Of a DNA stretch of 64,000 bases, positions 1 to 8,689 are shown one piece after another (position 1 is the first letter of the stretch; each line of letters opens with the position of its first letter). The stretch is taken from NCBI GenBank assembly GCA_002420005.1, contig DIHE01000147.1, positions 36,006 through 100,005 on the forward strand, read 5' to 3'. Origin of the DNA: Holophagales bacterium UBA5704. GTDB lineage: Bacteria; Acidobacteriota; Thermoanaerobaculia; Multivoradales; UBA5704. The notes under the pieces were generated by a model. It made no database searches, had not been told where the DNA came from, and was given only the letters and a program-made list of their open reading frames with translations. Position numbers and translations under genes: made by a program.

Positions 1-7
1 GCGAGGC

Positions 8-805
8 TCAGACACGGGTTTGCTCCGCGGTCACGGTTCTCAGCTCCTTCAGGTGATGGCGGTACCAGTTGACGCCCGCCAGGTGCCGATTGCGGTCGGC
101 GAGGTCCGGCCGGGCGTCCAGCAGCTCCAGGATCTCCGGCAGCCGGAAGACCGGCCGCTCCGGCGACCACAGGACCTCGTAGACGGCGGTCACGAAGTCG
201 TAGTCCGCGGGCTCGTCGAGGGTGAAGCGGTGGCTCATCGAGAGATCGCGGCCGGTGTCCCAGGCCACGTTGCCCAGCCGGAAACGCTCCGGCCGCTCCC
301 AGAGGAACGGCGTCGTGTGCTCGCGCTCGAACAACCGGTCGGCCTCCCGCCAGGCGGTCTCCAGAACCGGCAGCGGGATGACCTCGACGTCGTTGCCGTC
401 CGGCCAGGTGGCCGGGTGGAGATTGCTCACGTAGTCGTAGCGCTCGGGGTCGGCGAGAAACGTGGCGAGAACGCGGTCGATCGCCTCCGGATCGATCAGC
501 GGGCAGTCCGAGGGGATCTTCACCACCACGTCCGCCTCATAGGCGCGGGCGGCCTCCATGTGGCGGTCGAGGAGGTCCGTCGGGTGCCCGGAGACGCAGG
601 GCACCCCGAGGCGGCGGCACAGCTCGCGGATCGGCTCGTCGAAGGAATACCGCGTGGTGGCGACGCACAGCTCGAACGGCGTGCGGGCCGCCTGGATGCG
701 CTCGATCTGCCGCTGCAGCAGCGGGGCGCCGAGCACCGGGAGCAGGACCTTGCCGGGGAGGCGGGTCGAGCCGGTGCGCGCCTGGACGACGACGAGGACC
801 CTCAT
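8..805 (-). CDS. CMP-sugar cytidylyltransferase (acylneuraminate cytidylyltransferase / SpsF-PseF-like), true start at internal Met
   Basis: C-terminal 265 aa of the 431-aa ORF begins MRVLVVVQARTGSTRLPGK (typical nucleotidyltransferase P-loop-like motif of CMP-KDO/NeuA family); GGAGGG RBS 5 nt upstream of ATG at 805; Arg-rich upstream extension is antisense artefact; 4-nt overlap with upstream gene. Confidence 0.6.
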   Translation of the reverse strand: MRVLVVVQARTGSTRLPGKVLLPVLGAPLLQRQIERIQAARTPFELCVATTRYSFDEPIRELCRRLGVPCVSGHPTDLLDRHMEAARAYEADVVVKIPSDCPLIDPEAIDRVLATFLADPERYDYVSNLHPATWPDGNDVEVIPLPVLETAWREADRLFEREHTTPFLWERPERFRLGNVAWDTGRDLSMSHRFTLDEPADYDFVTAVYEVLWSPERPVFRLPEILELLDARPDLADRNRHLAGVNWYRHHLKELRTVTAEQTRV

Positions 806-1848
806 TGCACCCTCCGCGGCAGGAGGGCGGGCCGGCGCCAACCGGCGGACGGCCGCTCGGCGGACGGCGCCCTCCGGGGCGCCGCCAGCAGCTCGCGGCA
901 GACCTCGGCGATGTTGCGGGCGGCCGAGCGGTTCTGCAACGGGAGGAGACGCCGCAGCTCCTCGCTCCCGTGATAGGAGTGGACCTCCTTGCCGAGCGCC
1001 AGGCCGACGAACGCCGTCGAGGACCATTGGGTGATGAGGACGTCGCAATTCGCGATCATGTGCTCGGCGATTCCTGTGGGATGGACGACCGCGCCGGGCG
1101 CATGCTCGCGGATCTCCCGGGTGGCGCGCTCGACGTTTTCGTTGGGGTGCAGCTTGAAGACCAGCGCCCGCCCGTCGGCGATCTCGACCGCCCGGCGCAG
1201 GAAGGCGGCGCGGTCGTCGCGTTTGAACGTCTCGCGGGCGTCCGAGGTGCAGACGAGGACGAAGCCGTGGAGAGGAAAATCGTTGGCCAGGTATTTCCGG
1301 CAATCGTCGAAGTTGGGGATGCCGGTGACCGCGATCCGCTCGGCCGGCACGCCGTGGGAGATGAAAAGATCGCGGTAGCCGTCGCTCGCCACGCAGAACT
1401 TCTCATACGCGAGGCTCAAACCGGTGGTGGTCGTCCCGGCCAGCCAGCGCGGCAGCAGGCGCAGGCGCCGGCAGAGATGGAACGGCCAGCTCACCGGATC
1501 GAGGATGCCTTCCTGCACCAGGACCACCCGCCGGTTCCGCAGATTGCGCGGGATGACGAGATCGGAGCAGGTGAGGACCAGATCGTAGGTGCCGTCGCGT
1601 CCGTGCGGGTCCACCGGCAGGCCATGGCGCGCCAGGTAGTCCTCACAACGGCGGCGCAGCTTGTCGCCCGCCACGGTGAACTCGGCCAGACCGACCTTGC
1701 GGCCGAGCTCGAGCCATCCATCCACGTAATAAGGAGTGAAAGCCGGCTCACATTCCGGCAGCTCGTCGGCGATCTGGTGCATCTGGGTCGTCTGATTGAT
1801 CGACCCGCCGATGAACAGGATGCGGGGACTGCGGCGTTCTCTTCGCAC
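802..1848 (-). CDS. GT-B-fold glycosyltransferase-like protein (MurG/PseG-like), polysaccharide/nonulosonic-acid pathway partner
   Basis: 348-aa ORF, LFIGGSINQTTQMHQIADEL N-terminal motif reminiscent of MurG/PseG-type GT-B enzymes; stop overlaps cytidylyltransferase start (operon). Confidence 0.4.
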   Translation of the reverse strand: MRRERRSPRILFIGGSINQTTQMHQIADELPECEPAFTPYYVDGWLELGRKVGLAEFTVAGDKLRRRCEDYLARHGLPVDPHGRDGTYDLVLTCSDLVIPRNLRNRRVVLVQEGILDPVSWPFHLCRRLRLLPRWLAGTTTTGLSLAYEKFCVASDGYRDLFISHGVPAERIAVTGIPNFDDCRKYLANDFPLHGFVLVCTSDARETFKRDDRAAFLRRAVEIADGRALVFKLHPNENVERATREIREHAPGAVVHPTGIAEHMIANCDVLITQWSSTAFVGLALGKEVHSYHGSEELRRLLPLQNRSAARNIAEVCRELLAAPRRAPSAERPSAGWRRPALLPRRVQ

Positions 1849-2005
1849 CCCGGCAGCATCGCCTGCCGGCGTGGCACCGCCGTGGCGGGTGCGTGAACAG
1901 ATGGAGACCTTGAGGCGCCCGGGGAAAACGTGACATCACCGCGACGCCGTCGCCACGAGGTTGCGCTTCCGCTCCCCTAAATTTTTCTGGCAAGGAGGAG
2001 CCACG

Positions 2006-3793
2006 GTGGCCCGAGCCGATCTGCACGTTCACAGCAAGCATTCGAACCAGCCGACCGAATGGCTCCTGCGCCAGGTCGGTGCTCCCGAGAGCTTCACCGA
2101 GCCCAAGGAGATCTACCGCCGGTGCCGCGAGCGGGGGATGGAGTTCGTCACCATCAGCGATCACGATTCGATCGCGGGCGCCCTGGAGATCCAGCATCTG
2201 CCCGGGACGTTTCTCTCCTGCGAGGTGACGGTCGAGTTTCCCGAAGACGGCTGCGAGATCCATCTCCTCGCCACCGGCATCGACGAGCGGCAGCACCGCG
2301 ACCTCCAGGAAATTCGCCGCAACGTCTACGAGGTGCGCGACTACGTCCGCGCGCAAGGCATCCTCCACTCCGTGGCCCATCCCCTGTTCCGGGTCAACGG
2401 CCGCCTGACCCTCGACCAGGTCGAGAAGCTGCTGGTGCTCTTCGACCGCTTCGAAGCGCGCAACGGCATGCACGACCGGCGGGCGAACGACCTGGTGCAC
2501 CGGATCTTCGGCTCCCTCACCCCGCAGATCATCGAGTCCCTCGCCGAGCGCCACCGGCTGGAGCCGTTCGGCTCCACGCCCTGGATCAAGAGCTTCACCG
2601 GCGGCAGCGACGACCACAGCGGGCTCTACCTCGGGACCACCTGGACCGAGACGCCGGAGGCCGCCACGGTCGAGGGCTTCCTCGGGCATCTGCGCGCCGG
2701 CCGCCACGCACCGGGCGGGGAGACCGGATCGAGCGCCCGCTTGTTGCAGAGCCTGTACACCATCACCTACGAGTTCTACCGCCGGCAGTTCCCCTTCGGT
2801 TGGGAGAGCCGCAAGGACCCCTTCTCCACCCTCCTGCGGGGGCTCGCCCTGCAAAGCCTGGAGACCCCGCCGCCCGCACCGGTGCCCGCCTGGCGCCGCC
2901 GTTTGTGGGGCTGGCGGGCGCCCCAGCCCCCCTGCCCGGCCGAGCGGGCCACCTTCGGCTCGGCGAGCCGGGCGAGCGAGAAGCACCTGACCCGGATGCT
3001 GCACGACTTCGTGCGCCATGCCCGCCGGGGGCGGCTGATGGAAGGTCTCGCCGCGGTCTCGCAGCTCGCCCCTCTCGCCTTGAGCATCGCGCCACATCTG
3101 GTGGCGGTGCATTCCCTCCACAAGGACGCCGACCTGCTCGACGCGGCCGGCGAGCGCTTTCTCGGTCACCGCCTCGAAGGGCGCGGCGGCAAGCGGGCCT
3201 GGTTCACCGACACGCTGACCACCGCCGGCGCCATGGCGCGGTTGCTCGCCGCGCTCCCCGGCCCGGTGCCCGGCGGGCGCGTCGACGCCGTCGAAGCGGT
3301 CACCTGCAGCCCGGCCGACGGCCGAGCCGCCCTGCCGGTCCATCGCTTCCGCACCCAGATGCGGGTGACCCTCCCCGGCTGGGAGCGCCGCAAGCTGCTT
3401 CTCCCTCCCCTCCTGGAGGTGATCGACCGCTGCGAGACCGAGCGCTATGCGGAGATCGTGATCAGCACACCGGGTCCTTTCGGCCTGCTCGGCGTCGCCG
3501 CCGGCAAGCTGCTCGGCATCCCGGTCACCGCGGTCTGGCAGGAGGACCTGCCGGCCCGCGTGCTCGCCGCCACCCGCAGCGAGACCCTGGAAGAGATGAC
3601 CTGGACCTACCTGCGCCGGCTGTTCGGCCAGGCCGGGCGGATCTGGGTGCCCAGCCGGCGGGAGCACGACGCCCTGGTCGCCCATGCGTTCGCTCCGGAG
3701 CGGATTTCCCTCCTGCCCGGACGCACGGCGCGCCCCGAGAGCGTCGTCCTTCCCCCCTCCTGGGACGGCGTCCGGGTCCAGGTGGCCGTCTGA
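2006..3793 (+). CDS. PHP-domain (polymerase/histidinol-phosphatase-like) protein fused to glycosyltransferase-4-like N-terminal domain
   Basis: HVHSKHS...ISDHDS...HPLF PHP metal-binding His motifs; C-terminal region resembles GT4 N-domain; AGGAGG RBS 6 nt upstream of GTG 2006 (track ORF begins at TTG 1961). Confidence 0.55.
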   Translation: MARADLHVHSKHSNQPTEWLLRQVGAPESFTEPKEIYRRCRERGMEFVTISDHDSIAGALEIQHLPGTFLSCEVTVEFPEDGCEIHLLATGIDERQHRDLQEIRRNVYEVRDYVRAQGILHSVAHPLFRVNGRLTLDQVEKLLVLFDRFEARNGMHDRRANDLVHRIFGSLTPQIIESLAERHRLEPFGSTPWIKSFTGGSDDHSGLYLGTTWTETPEAATVEGFLGHLRAGRHAPGGETGSSARLLQSLYTITYEFYRRQFPFGWESRKDPFSTLLRGLALQSLETPPPAPVPAWRRRLWGWRAPQPPCPAERATFGSASRASEKHLTRMLHDFVRHARRGRLMEGLAAVSQLAPLALSIAPHLVAVHSLHKDADLLDAAGERFLGHRLEGRGGKRAWFTDTLTTAGAMARLLAALPGPVPGGRVDAVEAVTCSPADGRAALPVHRFRTQMRVTLPGWERRKLLLPPLLEVIDRCETERYAEIVISTPGPFGLLGVAAGKLLGIPVTAVWQEDLPARVLAATRSETLEEMTWTYLRRLFGQAGRIWVPSRREHDALVAHAFAPERISLLPGRTARPESVVLPPSWDGVRVQVAV

Positions 3794-3821
3794 AGCCGGG
3801 CAGACCGACTAGAATGGCGAA

Positions 3822-5447
3822 GTGACGAAGCCGGTCGTGATCCAGCCCCTGACGTTCCCCTCTCTCCCCGCGGAGCCACCGCGCGACGAGGAGCCGGTAG
3901 GCCCCTCGGTGCCCGGGCGCCTCGCCGCGGTCGACATCGGGTCGAACTCGATCCACATGATCGTGGTCGCCCCCGAGCCCCAGGGGGGCTACCGCGTCCT
4001 CGGCCGCGAGCGCGACATGGTGCGGCTGGGCAAGACCGGCTTCCGCGGCACCTTCTCCGAAGCCGCCATCCGCGACGGGCTGGAAGCGCTGATCAAAATG
4101 ACCACGCTCGCCCGCTTCAAAGGTGCGGAGCGGGTGGTGGCGGTGGCCACCAGCGCGGTGCGCGAGGCCTCCAACGGCGCGGACTTCCTCGCCCGGGTGA
4201 AAGCGCAGACCGGGATCGACGTCCAGCTCCTCACCGGCGTCGAGGAGGGCCATCTGATCTACCGCGCCGTGCGCGAGGCGGTCGACCTGGGGCCCGGCCG
4301 GGCGGTGATCGTCGACGTGGGCGGCGGCAGCACCGAGTGGATCGCCACCCGCGCCGGCGAGGCGGAGCACGTGCTGAGCCTGGCGCTGGGATCGCTGCGC
4401 TGCGCCGCCGATCTGACCGGCGACCCGCCGACCGCCGCCACCCTCGACCGGCTGCGCCGCCGCATCCGCAAGGAGCTCGGCGCCAATGTCCCTGCGGAGA
4501 CCGCGGCCCGCCTCATCGCCACCTCGGGCACCGCCGCCTGCTGCGCCGACCTGGTCGACTTCTGGAGCGGTCGCGGCCCGCAGACCGTGGCCGGCGGCCT
4601 GCGCGAGGTCAAGCTGAAGGACCTCGCCCAGGTGGTCGAGCGCCTGCGCACCCTGCCGCGCGCCGCCATCGCCGATCTCCCGCCGGTGGGCGGCCCGCGC
4701 TCCGAGAGCCTGCTGGCGGGCGCCATCCTGCTCCAGGAGCTCGCCGCGCGCGCCGGCGCCGACCGCTTCCAGGTGAGCGACCGGGCGCTGCGCGAGGGCC
4801 TCGTCCTGGAAGCGCTCGGCCAACCGGCGCCGGCCGCCGCCCAGCCCGCGGACCTGCGCCGCCGCCAGGTCCTCCAGCTCGCCGAGCGCACCGAAGGCGT
4901 CTGGCGCCATGGCCAGCAGACCGCCCGCCTCGCCCTGCGCCTGTTCGACCTCACCACCTCGGTGCACGGCCTCGGCGAACGGGAGCGCGAATGGCTGGAG
5001 TATGCCGCCCTGCTCCACGACATCGGCTACGTCATCCAGTACCGCAACCACCACAAGCACGCCTACTACCTGATCACCAACGCCAGCCTGGACGCCTTCG
5101 ACCGGCGCGAGATCGAGATCGTCGCCCACGTCGCCCGCTACCACCGCGGGCCGACCCCGAAGGCGCACCGCCATCCCTCTCTCGCCGTGCTGGAGCCCTG
5201 GCAGCGCCGCACCATCCGCCAGCTCGCCGCCCTGCTCCGTCTCGCCGATGCCCTCGACCGCACCCATGCCTCCCGTGTCGACGAGCTGTTCTGCGCCATC
5301 CGCAAGAAACGGGTCACCCTGGAGGTCCTCTCGCGCTGGGACGTCGGCCTCGAGCTGGAGGCCGCCCGCGAGCGCGGCCGCTACTTCGCCAAGGTCTTCG
5401 ACTGCCGCCTGCGCCTGCGCCAAGGCCTGGAAACCGCCTCGTTGTAA
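3822..5447 (+). CDS. ppx: exopolyphosphatase / guanosine pentaphosphate phosphohydrolase (Ppx/GppA) with C-terminal HD domain
   Basis: AAVDIGSNSIHMIVV actin-like ATPase motif of Ppx/GppA family; HD-domain LLHDIGY; start codon uncertain (a GTG about 90 nt downstream is possible). Confidence 0.75.
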   Translation: MTKPVVIQPLTFPSLPAEPPRDEEPVGPSVPGRLAAVDIGSNSIHMIVVAPEPQGGYRVLGRERDMVRLGKTGFRGTFSEAAIRDGLEALIKMTTLARFKGAERVVAVATSAVREASNGADFLARVKAQTGIDVQLLTGVEEGHLIYRAVREAVDLGPGRAVIVDVGGGSTEWIATRAGEAEHVLSLALGSLRCAADLTGDPPTAATLDRLRRRIRKELGANVPAETAARLIATSGTAACCADLVDFWSGRGPQTVAGGLREVKLKDLAQVVERLRTLPRAAIADLPPVGGPRSESLLAGAILLQELAARAGADRFQVSDRALREGLVLEALGQPAPAAAQPADLRRRQVLQLAERTEGVWRHGQQTARLALRLFDLTTSVHGLGEREREWLEYAALLHDIGYVIQYRNHHKHAYYLITNASLDAFDRREIEIVAHVARYHRGPTPKAHRHPSLAVLEPWQRRTIRQLAALLRLADALDRTHASRVDELFCAIRKKRVTLEVLSRWDVGLELEAARERGRYFAKVFDCRLRLRQGLETASL

Positions 5448-5530
5448 GAAGGGGATGCCCCTCCTCCGCCGCCCTAAACCCCTCCGTCACAGAGAGTTAA
5501 CAGACATATCACAGGGAGTTGACAACCCTC

Positions 5531-5716
5531 CTGTGGAAAACTCTCCAGTCCCCCTTCCCCTCCGTCGGGGAACCCCCTTCGCAGACTTTGCAAACCCTGC
5601 CGAATCAGTGATTTGGCGATCTTGCACAATTCTCTGTTCAAAGCGGAGAAAGCAGCCTGGAACCAGGCTTCGGCGGACGGTTTCCGGGCGTTTTCCACAG
5701 AGTTTTCCACCTTCCC
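5531..5716. promoter_or_regulatory. Repeated TGTGGAAA-type operator motifs upstream of response-regulator gene
   Basis: GTGGAAAACTCT at 5533-5544 and its exact reverse complement AGAGTTTTCCAC at 5689-5700; perfect 9-bp inverted repeat TTTCCACAG(5682-5690)/CTGTGGAAA(5706-5714) 33 nt upstream of ATG 5749; TTGACA hexamer at 5519-5524. Confidence 0.35.
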
Positions 5717-5748
5717 TGTGGAAAGGCCATGGTACCCTCGGTGCCAAG

Positions 5749-6432
5749 ATGACACGTGAACGCATTCTGCTGATCGAAGACGAGCCGGACATTGCAGAGG
5801 TTTTGCAGTACAACCTCCAGAAGGAAGGCTTCCAGGTGGAGACGGCGCGCCGCGGTGACACCGGGCTGGAGGCGATCCGCCGCGATACGCCCGATCTTCT
5901 CCTGCTCGACCTCATGCTGCCCGGGATCGACGGCCTGGAGCTGACCCGCCTGCTGAAACGCGACAGCGCCACGGCGCGGCTGCCGATCGTGATGCTCACC
6001 GCGCGCGGCGAGGAGGTGGACCGCATCGTGGGCCTGGAGCTCGGCGCCGACGACTACATCAGCAAGCCGTTCAGCCCGCGCGAGGTGGTGTTGCGGGTCA
6101 AGGCGGTGCTGCGCCGCATCCAGCAGGAGGAAAGCGAGGCGGAGCGCCTGGAGGTCGGGGGCATCGAGCTCGACGTCTCCGGCCATCAGCTGCGGGTACG
6201 CGGCAAGGAGATTCCTCTGACCGCCACGGAGTTCCGCCTGTTGCGGCTGCTCCTCGAGCGCAGTGGCCGGGTGCAGACCCGCGGGCAGCTCCTTTCCGAC
6301 GTCTGGGGCTATGCGGAAGACATCGACAGCCGCACCGTGGACACCCACATCCGCCGCCTGCGCCGCAAGCTCGGGGCCGAGGCCGACCGGATCGAGACGG
6401 TCATCGGCGTCGGCTACCGGCTGAGGCCTTGA
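5749..6432 (+). CDS. OmpR/PhoB-family DNA-binding response regulator
   Basis: Receiver domain (LIEDEPDI...LLLLDLMLPGIDG...K) plus winged-helix trans_reg_C domain (TATEFRLLRLL...VIGVGYRL); next to ppx and a PhoR-like kinase. Confidence 0.88.
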   Translation: MTRERILLIEDEPDIAEVLQYNLQKEGFQVETARRGDTGLEAIRRDTPDLLLLDLMLPGIDGLELTRLLKRDSATARLPIVMLTARGEEVDRIVGLELGADDYISKPFSPREVVLRVKAVLRRIQQEESEAERLEVGGIELDVSGHQLRVRGKEIPLTATEFRLLRLLLERSGRVQTRGQLLSDVWGYAEDIDSRTVDTHIRRLRRKLGAEADRIETVIGVGYRLRP

Positions 6433-6433
6433 G

Positions 6434-8215
6434 GTGCGGCTCTTCCGGCTCCCTCCCAAGCTGCGCCTCGCCCCGCTCTGGCCGGCGCTGGCGGCGGTTC
6501 TCACCGCCACGGCGCTGCTCTGGGCGGTCCAGCCGAAGCTGCTGCAGAAAAGCGCCGAGGTTCAGCTCCTCGACACCCTGCGCACCCTGACCCCGGTCGT
6601 CGCCCAGGCACGCCTGCAACGGGCCGGCAGCGCCGATCCTCTGGCCCTCCAGCGCTGGGTCGAGAGCCTCTCCTCGCAAGGGGTCGAGACCGGATTGCGG
6701 ATCACCCTCGTCGAGAGCGACGGGCGGGTGATCGCCGACAGCTCACGCTCGGCCGCACAGATCGCAGCCATGGAAAATCACGCGGAGCGCGAGGAAATCC
6801 GCACCGCCTTCGCCACCGGAGAGGGCGTCGCCGTGCGCCGGAGCGCCACCACCGGGCGGCTGTACGTCTATGCCGCCCGCACGGCGACCGATCCGCAAGG
6901 CCGCCTTTTCGCGGTGCGCCTGGCCGAGCCCGTCGCGCATCTCGAGACGCTGCGCGGCCAGATCGCCGGGGCCATGCTGCTGGCGGCGCTGGCGGGAGGC
7001 CTGATCTCGCTCGTGATCTCCTGGTGGATCGACCGCAATGTGTTCCGGCCGTTCCGGCACCTGGTCGCCGGGGCCTCCGCCCTGGCAGACGGCCGGGAAC
7101 GGCGGGTCGAGATCCCGGAGGAGGAGGAGCTCGCCGCGCTGGCGCTCGCCTTGAATCGGCTCGCCGAGACCGCCGAAGCTCAGTTCGATGCCGTGCGCGC
7201 CGAGCGCGATCAGCTCAAGGCGATCCTCGCCAGCATGTCTGAAGGCGTGCTGGTGGTCGGCGGCAACGGCCGTGCGCTGCTCGCCAATCCCGCGTTTTCC
7301 TCGCTGTTCGACCTGCAAGGCGAGGTGACCGGGCAGACCGTTCTGGAGCTTCTCCGCCAACCGGAGCTGGTACGCCTGGTGGAGGACACCCTCCGGCTCG
7401 GCCGGCCGCAGAGCGGCCAGGTCGAGCTGGCCCCCGAGCGCCGCACCCTGCTCCTGGCGAGCGCCGCGCTGGCCGGCGGTGAACGGGGCGCCGTGGTGGT
7501 GGCGCGCGACATGACCGAGATGACCCGGGTGGCCGACATGCGGCGCGACTTCGTCGGCAACGTCTCGCACGAGCTCAAGACCCCGCTCGCCGCCATCCGC
7601 GGTTTCGCCGAAACCCTGCGCGACGGCGCGCTCGACGAGCCGGCCGTCGCCCAACGGTTCACCGAGCGCATCCTCGACCAATGCCGCCGCCTGCAGGCGC
7701 TGCTGGACGACCTGCTCACCCTGTCCCGCCTGGAGACGGTGGCCCTGCGCGAGCGCGAGCCGGTGCAGCTGGCCGACGTCGTGCGCCAGGCGGTCGAGAC
7801 CCTCACCCCCATGGCCCGGGAGAAGGACGTCCGGGTCGAAATCGCCGCCGGCGACATCCCGCCGGTGCCCGGAGAGACGGACGCCATCGAGCGGCTGGTG
7901 CTCAACCTGCTGGAGAACGGGATCAAGTACAACCGGCCCGGCGGACAGGTCACGGTGCACCTCGCCACCGCCGGAGCCTCGGTCCTCCTGGAGGTGAGCG
8001 ACTCCGGCATCGGGATCCCCGCCGAGGCGCTCCCCCGCATCTTCGAGCGCTTCTACCGCGTGGACAAAGGAAGGGCGCGCGAAGAAGGCGGGACCGGCCT
8101 CGGCCTCGCCATCGTCAAGCACGTGGCGCAGGCCCACGGCGGCCAGGTCGACGTCGAAAGCCGCCACGGCCGCGGCACCACCTTCCGGGTGCGGCTGCCG
8201 ATCCAGAAGAGCTGA
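6434..8215 (+). CDS. Sensor histidine kinase, PhoR-like (periplasmic sensor, HAMP, PAS, HisKA, HATPase_c)
   Basis: GTG 6434 two nt after RR stop; H-box FVGNVSHELKTPL, G-boxes GTGLGLAIVKHV; N-terminal TM segments. Confidence 0.85.
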   Translation: MRLFRLPPKLRLAPLWPALAAVLTATALLWAVQPKLLQKSAEVQLLDTLRTLTPVVAQARLQRAGSADPLALQRWVESLSSQGVETGLRITLVESDGRVIADSSRSAAQIAAMENHAEREEIRTAFATGEGVAVRRSATTGRLYVYAARTATDPQGRLFAVRLAEPVAHLETLRGQIAGAMLLAALAGGLISLVISWWIDRNVFRPFRHLVAGASALADGRERRVEIPEEEELAALALALNRLAETAEAQFDAVRAERDQLKAILASMSEGVLVVGGNGRALLANPAFSSLFDLQGEVTGQTVLELLRQPELVRLVEDTLRLGRPQSGQVELAPERRTLLLASAALAGGERGAVVVARDMTEMTRVADMRRDFVGNVSHELKTPLAAIRGFAETLRDGALDEPAVAQRFTERILDQCRRLQALLDDLLTLSRLETVALREREPVQLADVVRQAVETLTPMAREKDVRVEIAAGDIPPVPGETDAIERLVLNLLENGIKYNRPGGQVTVHLATAGASVLLEVSDSGIGIPAEALPRIFERFYRVDKGRAREEGGTGLGLAIVKHVAQAHGGQVDVESRHGRGTTFRVRLPIQKS

Positions 8216-8536
8216 GCCCTCTTCTTCGGGCGGACCTCGGGGTTGGCGAGCTGCCGCCCTGGGCGGGGAGCTACGGCGGGCTGGGCTGGCGCCGCGTCTG
8301 GCTGCTGCGGCGGCGCGAGTAGGCAGCCCGGGCCGTGGGGCCGCCCGGACCCGGAGCGTTCAACCGCTTCTCCTGCAACAGGTTGCGACGATTTTAGATT
8401 CTTTGAGGAGGTTTGAGGCGGGCAGTGAGGACATTGTAGAAGCCTTGCAGCTAATCTCCCCTTGTCGCGGGCGGAGGGGTTCCAAGGCTCGCCACTCTTT
8501 TTCTTTGATGTCTTGGTTCGGAGGGAAACAAGCGCA

Positions 8537-8574
8537 GGCCCGGAGAGGTGACTTTCCGGGCCTTCCGCTTTTCA
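8537..8574 (+). terminator. Putative intrinsic terminator (8-bp GC stem GGCCCGGA/TCCGGGCC + T-rich tail)
   Basis: Stem 8537-8544/8555-8562, loop 10 nt, followed by TTCCGCTTTTC. Confidence 0.35.
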
Positions 8575-8619
8575 GGCCAGGGTTTGCCCCTGCAGGTCCG
8601 TCTCGCCGTGCTTGTCGAG

Positions 8620-8660
8620 ACTATGCAGCAGGTACATAATGTTTCTGCTGCATAGTTTTC
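8620..8660. terminator. 12-bp perfect inverted repeat hairpin between convergent genes (bidirectional terminator-like)
   Basis: ACTATGCAGCAG(8620-8631)/CTGCTGCATAGT(8645-8656), AT-rich 13-nt loop, TTTC after stem on + strand. Confidence 0.4.
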
Positions 8661-8689
8661 CCAGCCCGGTGCCATGAAGCTCCCCTTTC

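Noticed and set aside
1748-3685. 645-aa ORF on minus strand antisense to the PHP/GT gene
   Set aside because: Gly/Arg/Ala-rich, low-complexity translation typical of antisense frames in about 70% GC DNA. It lacks RBS and domain signatures, and the sense-strand gene has clear PHP motifs.
3525-5423. 632-aa minus-strand ORF antisense to ppx
   Set aside because: Same high-GC antisense artefact. The ppx frame carries Ppx/GppA and HD motifs.
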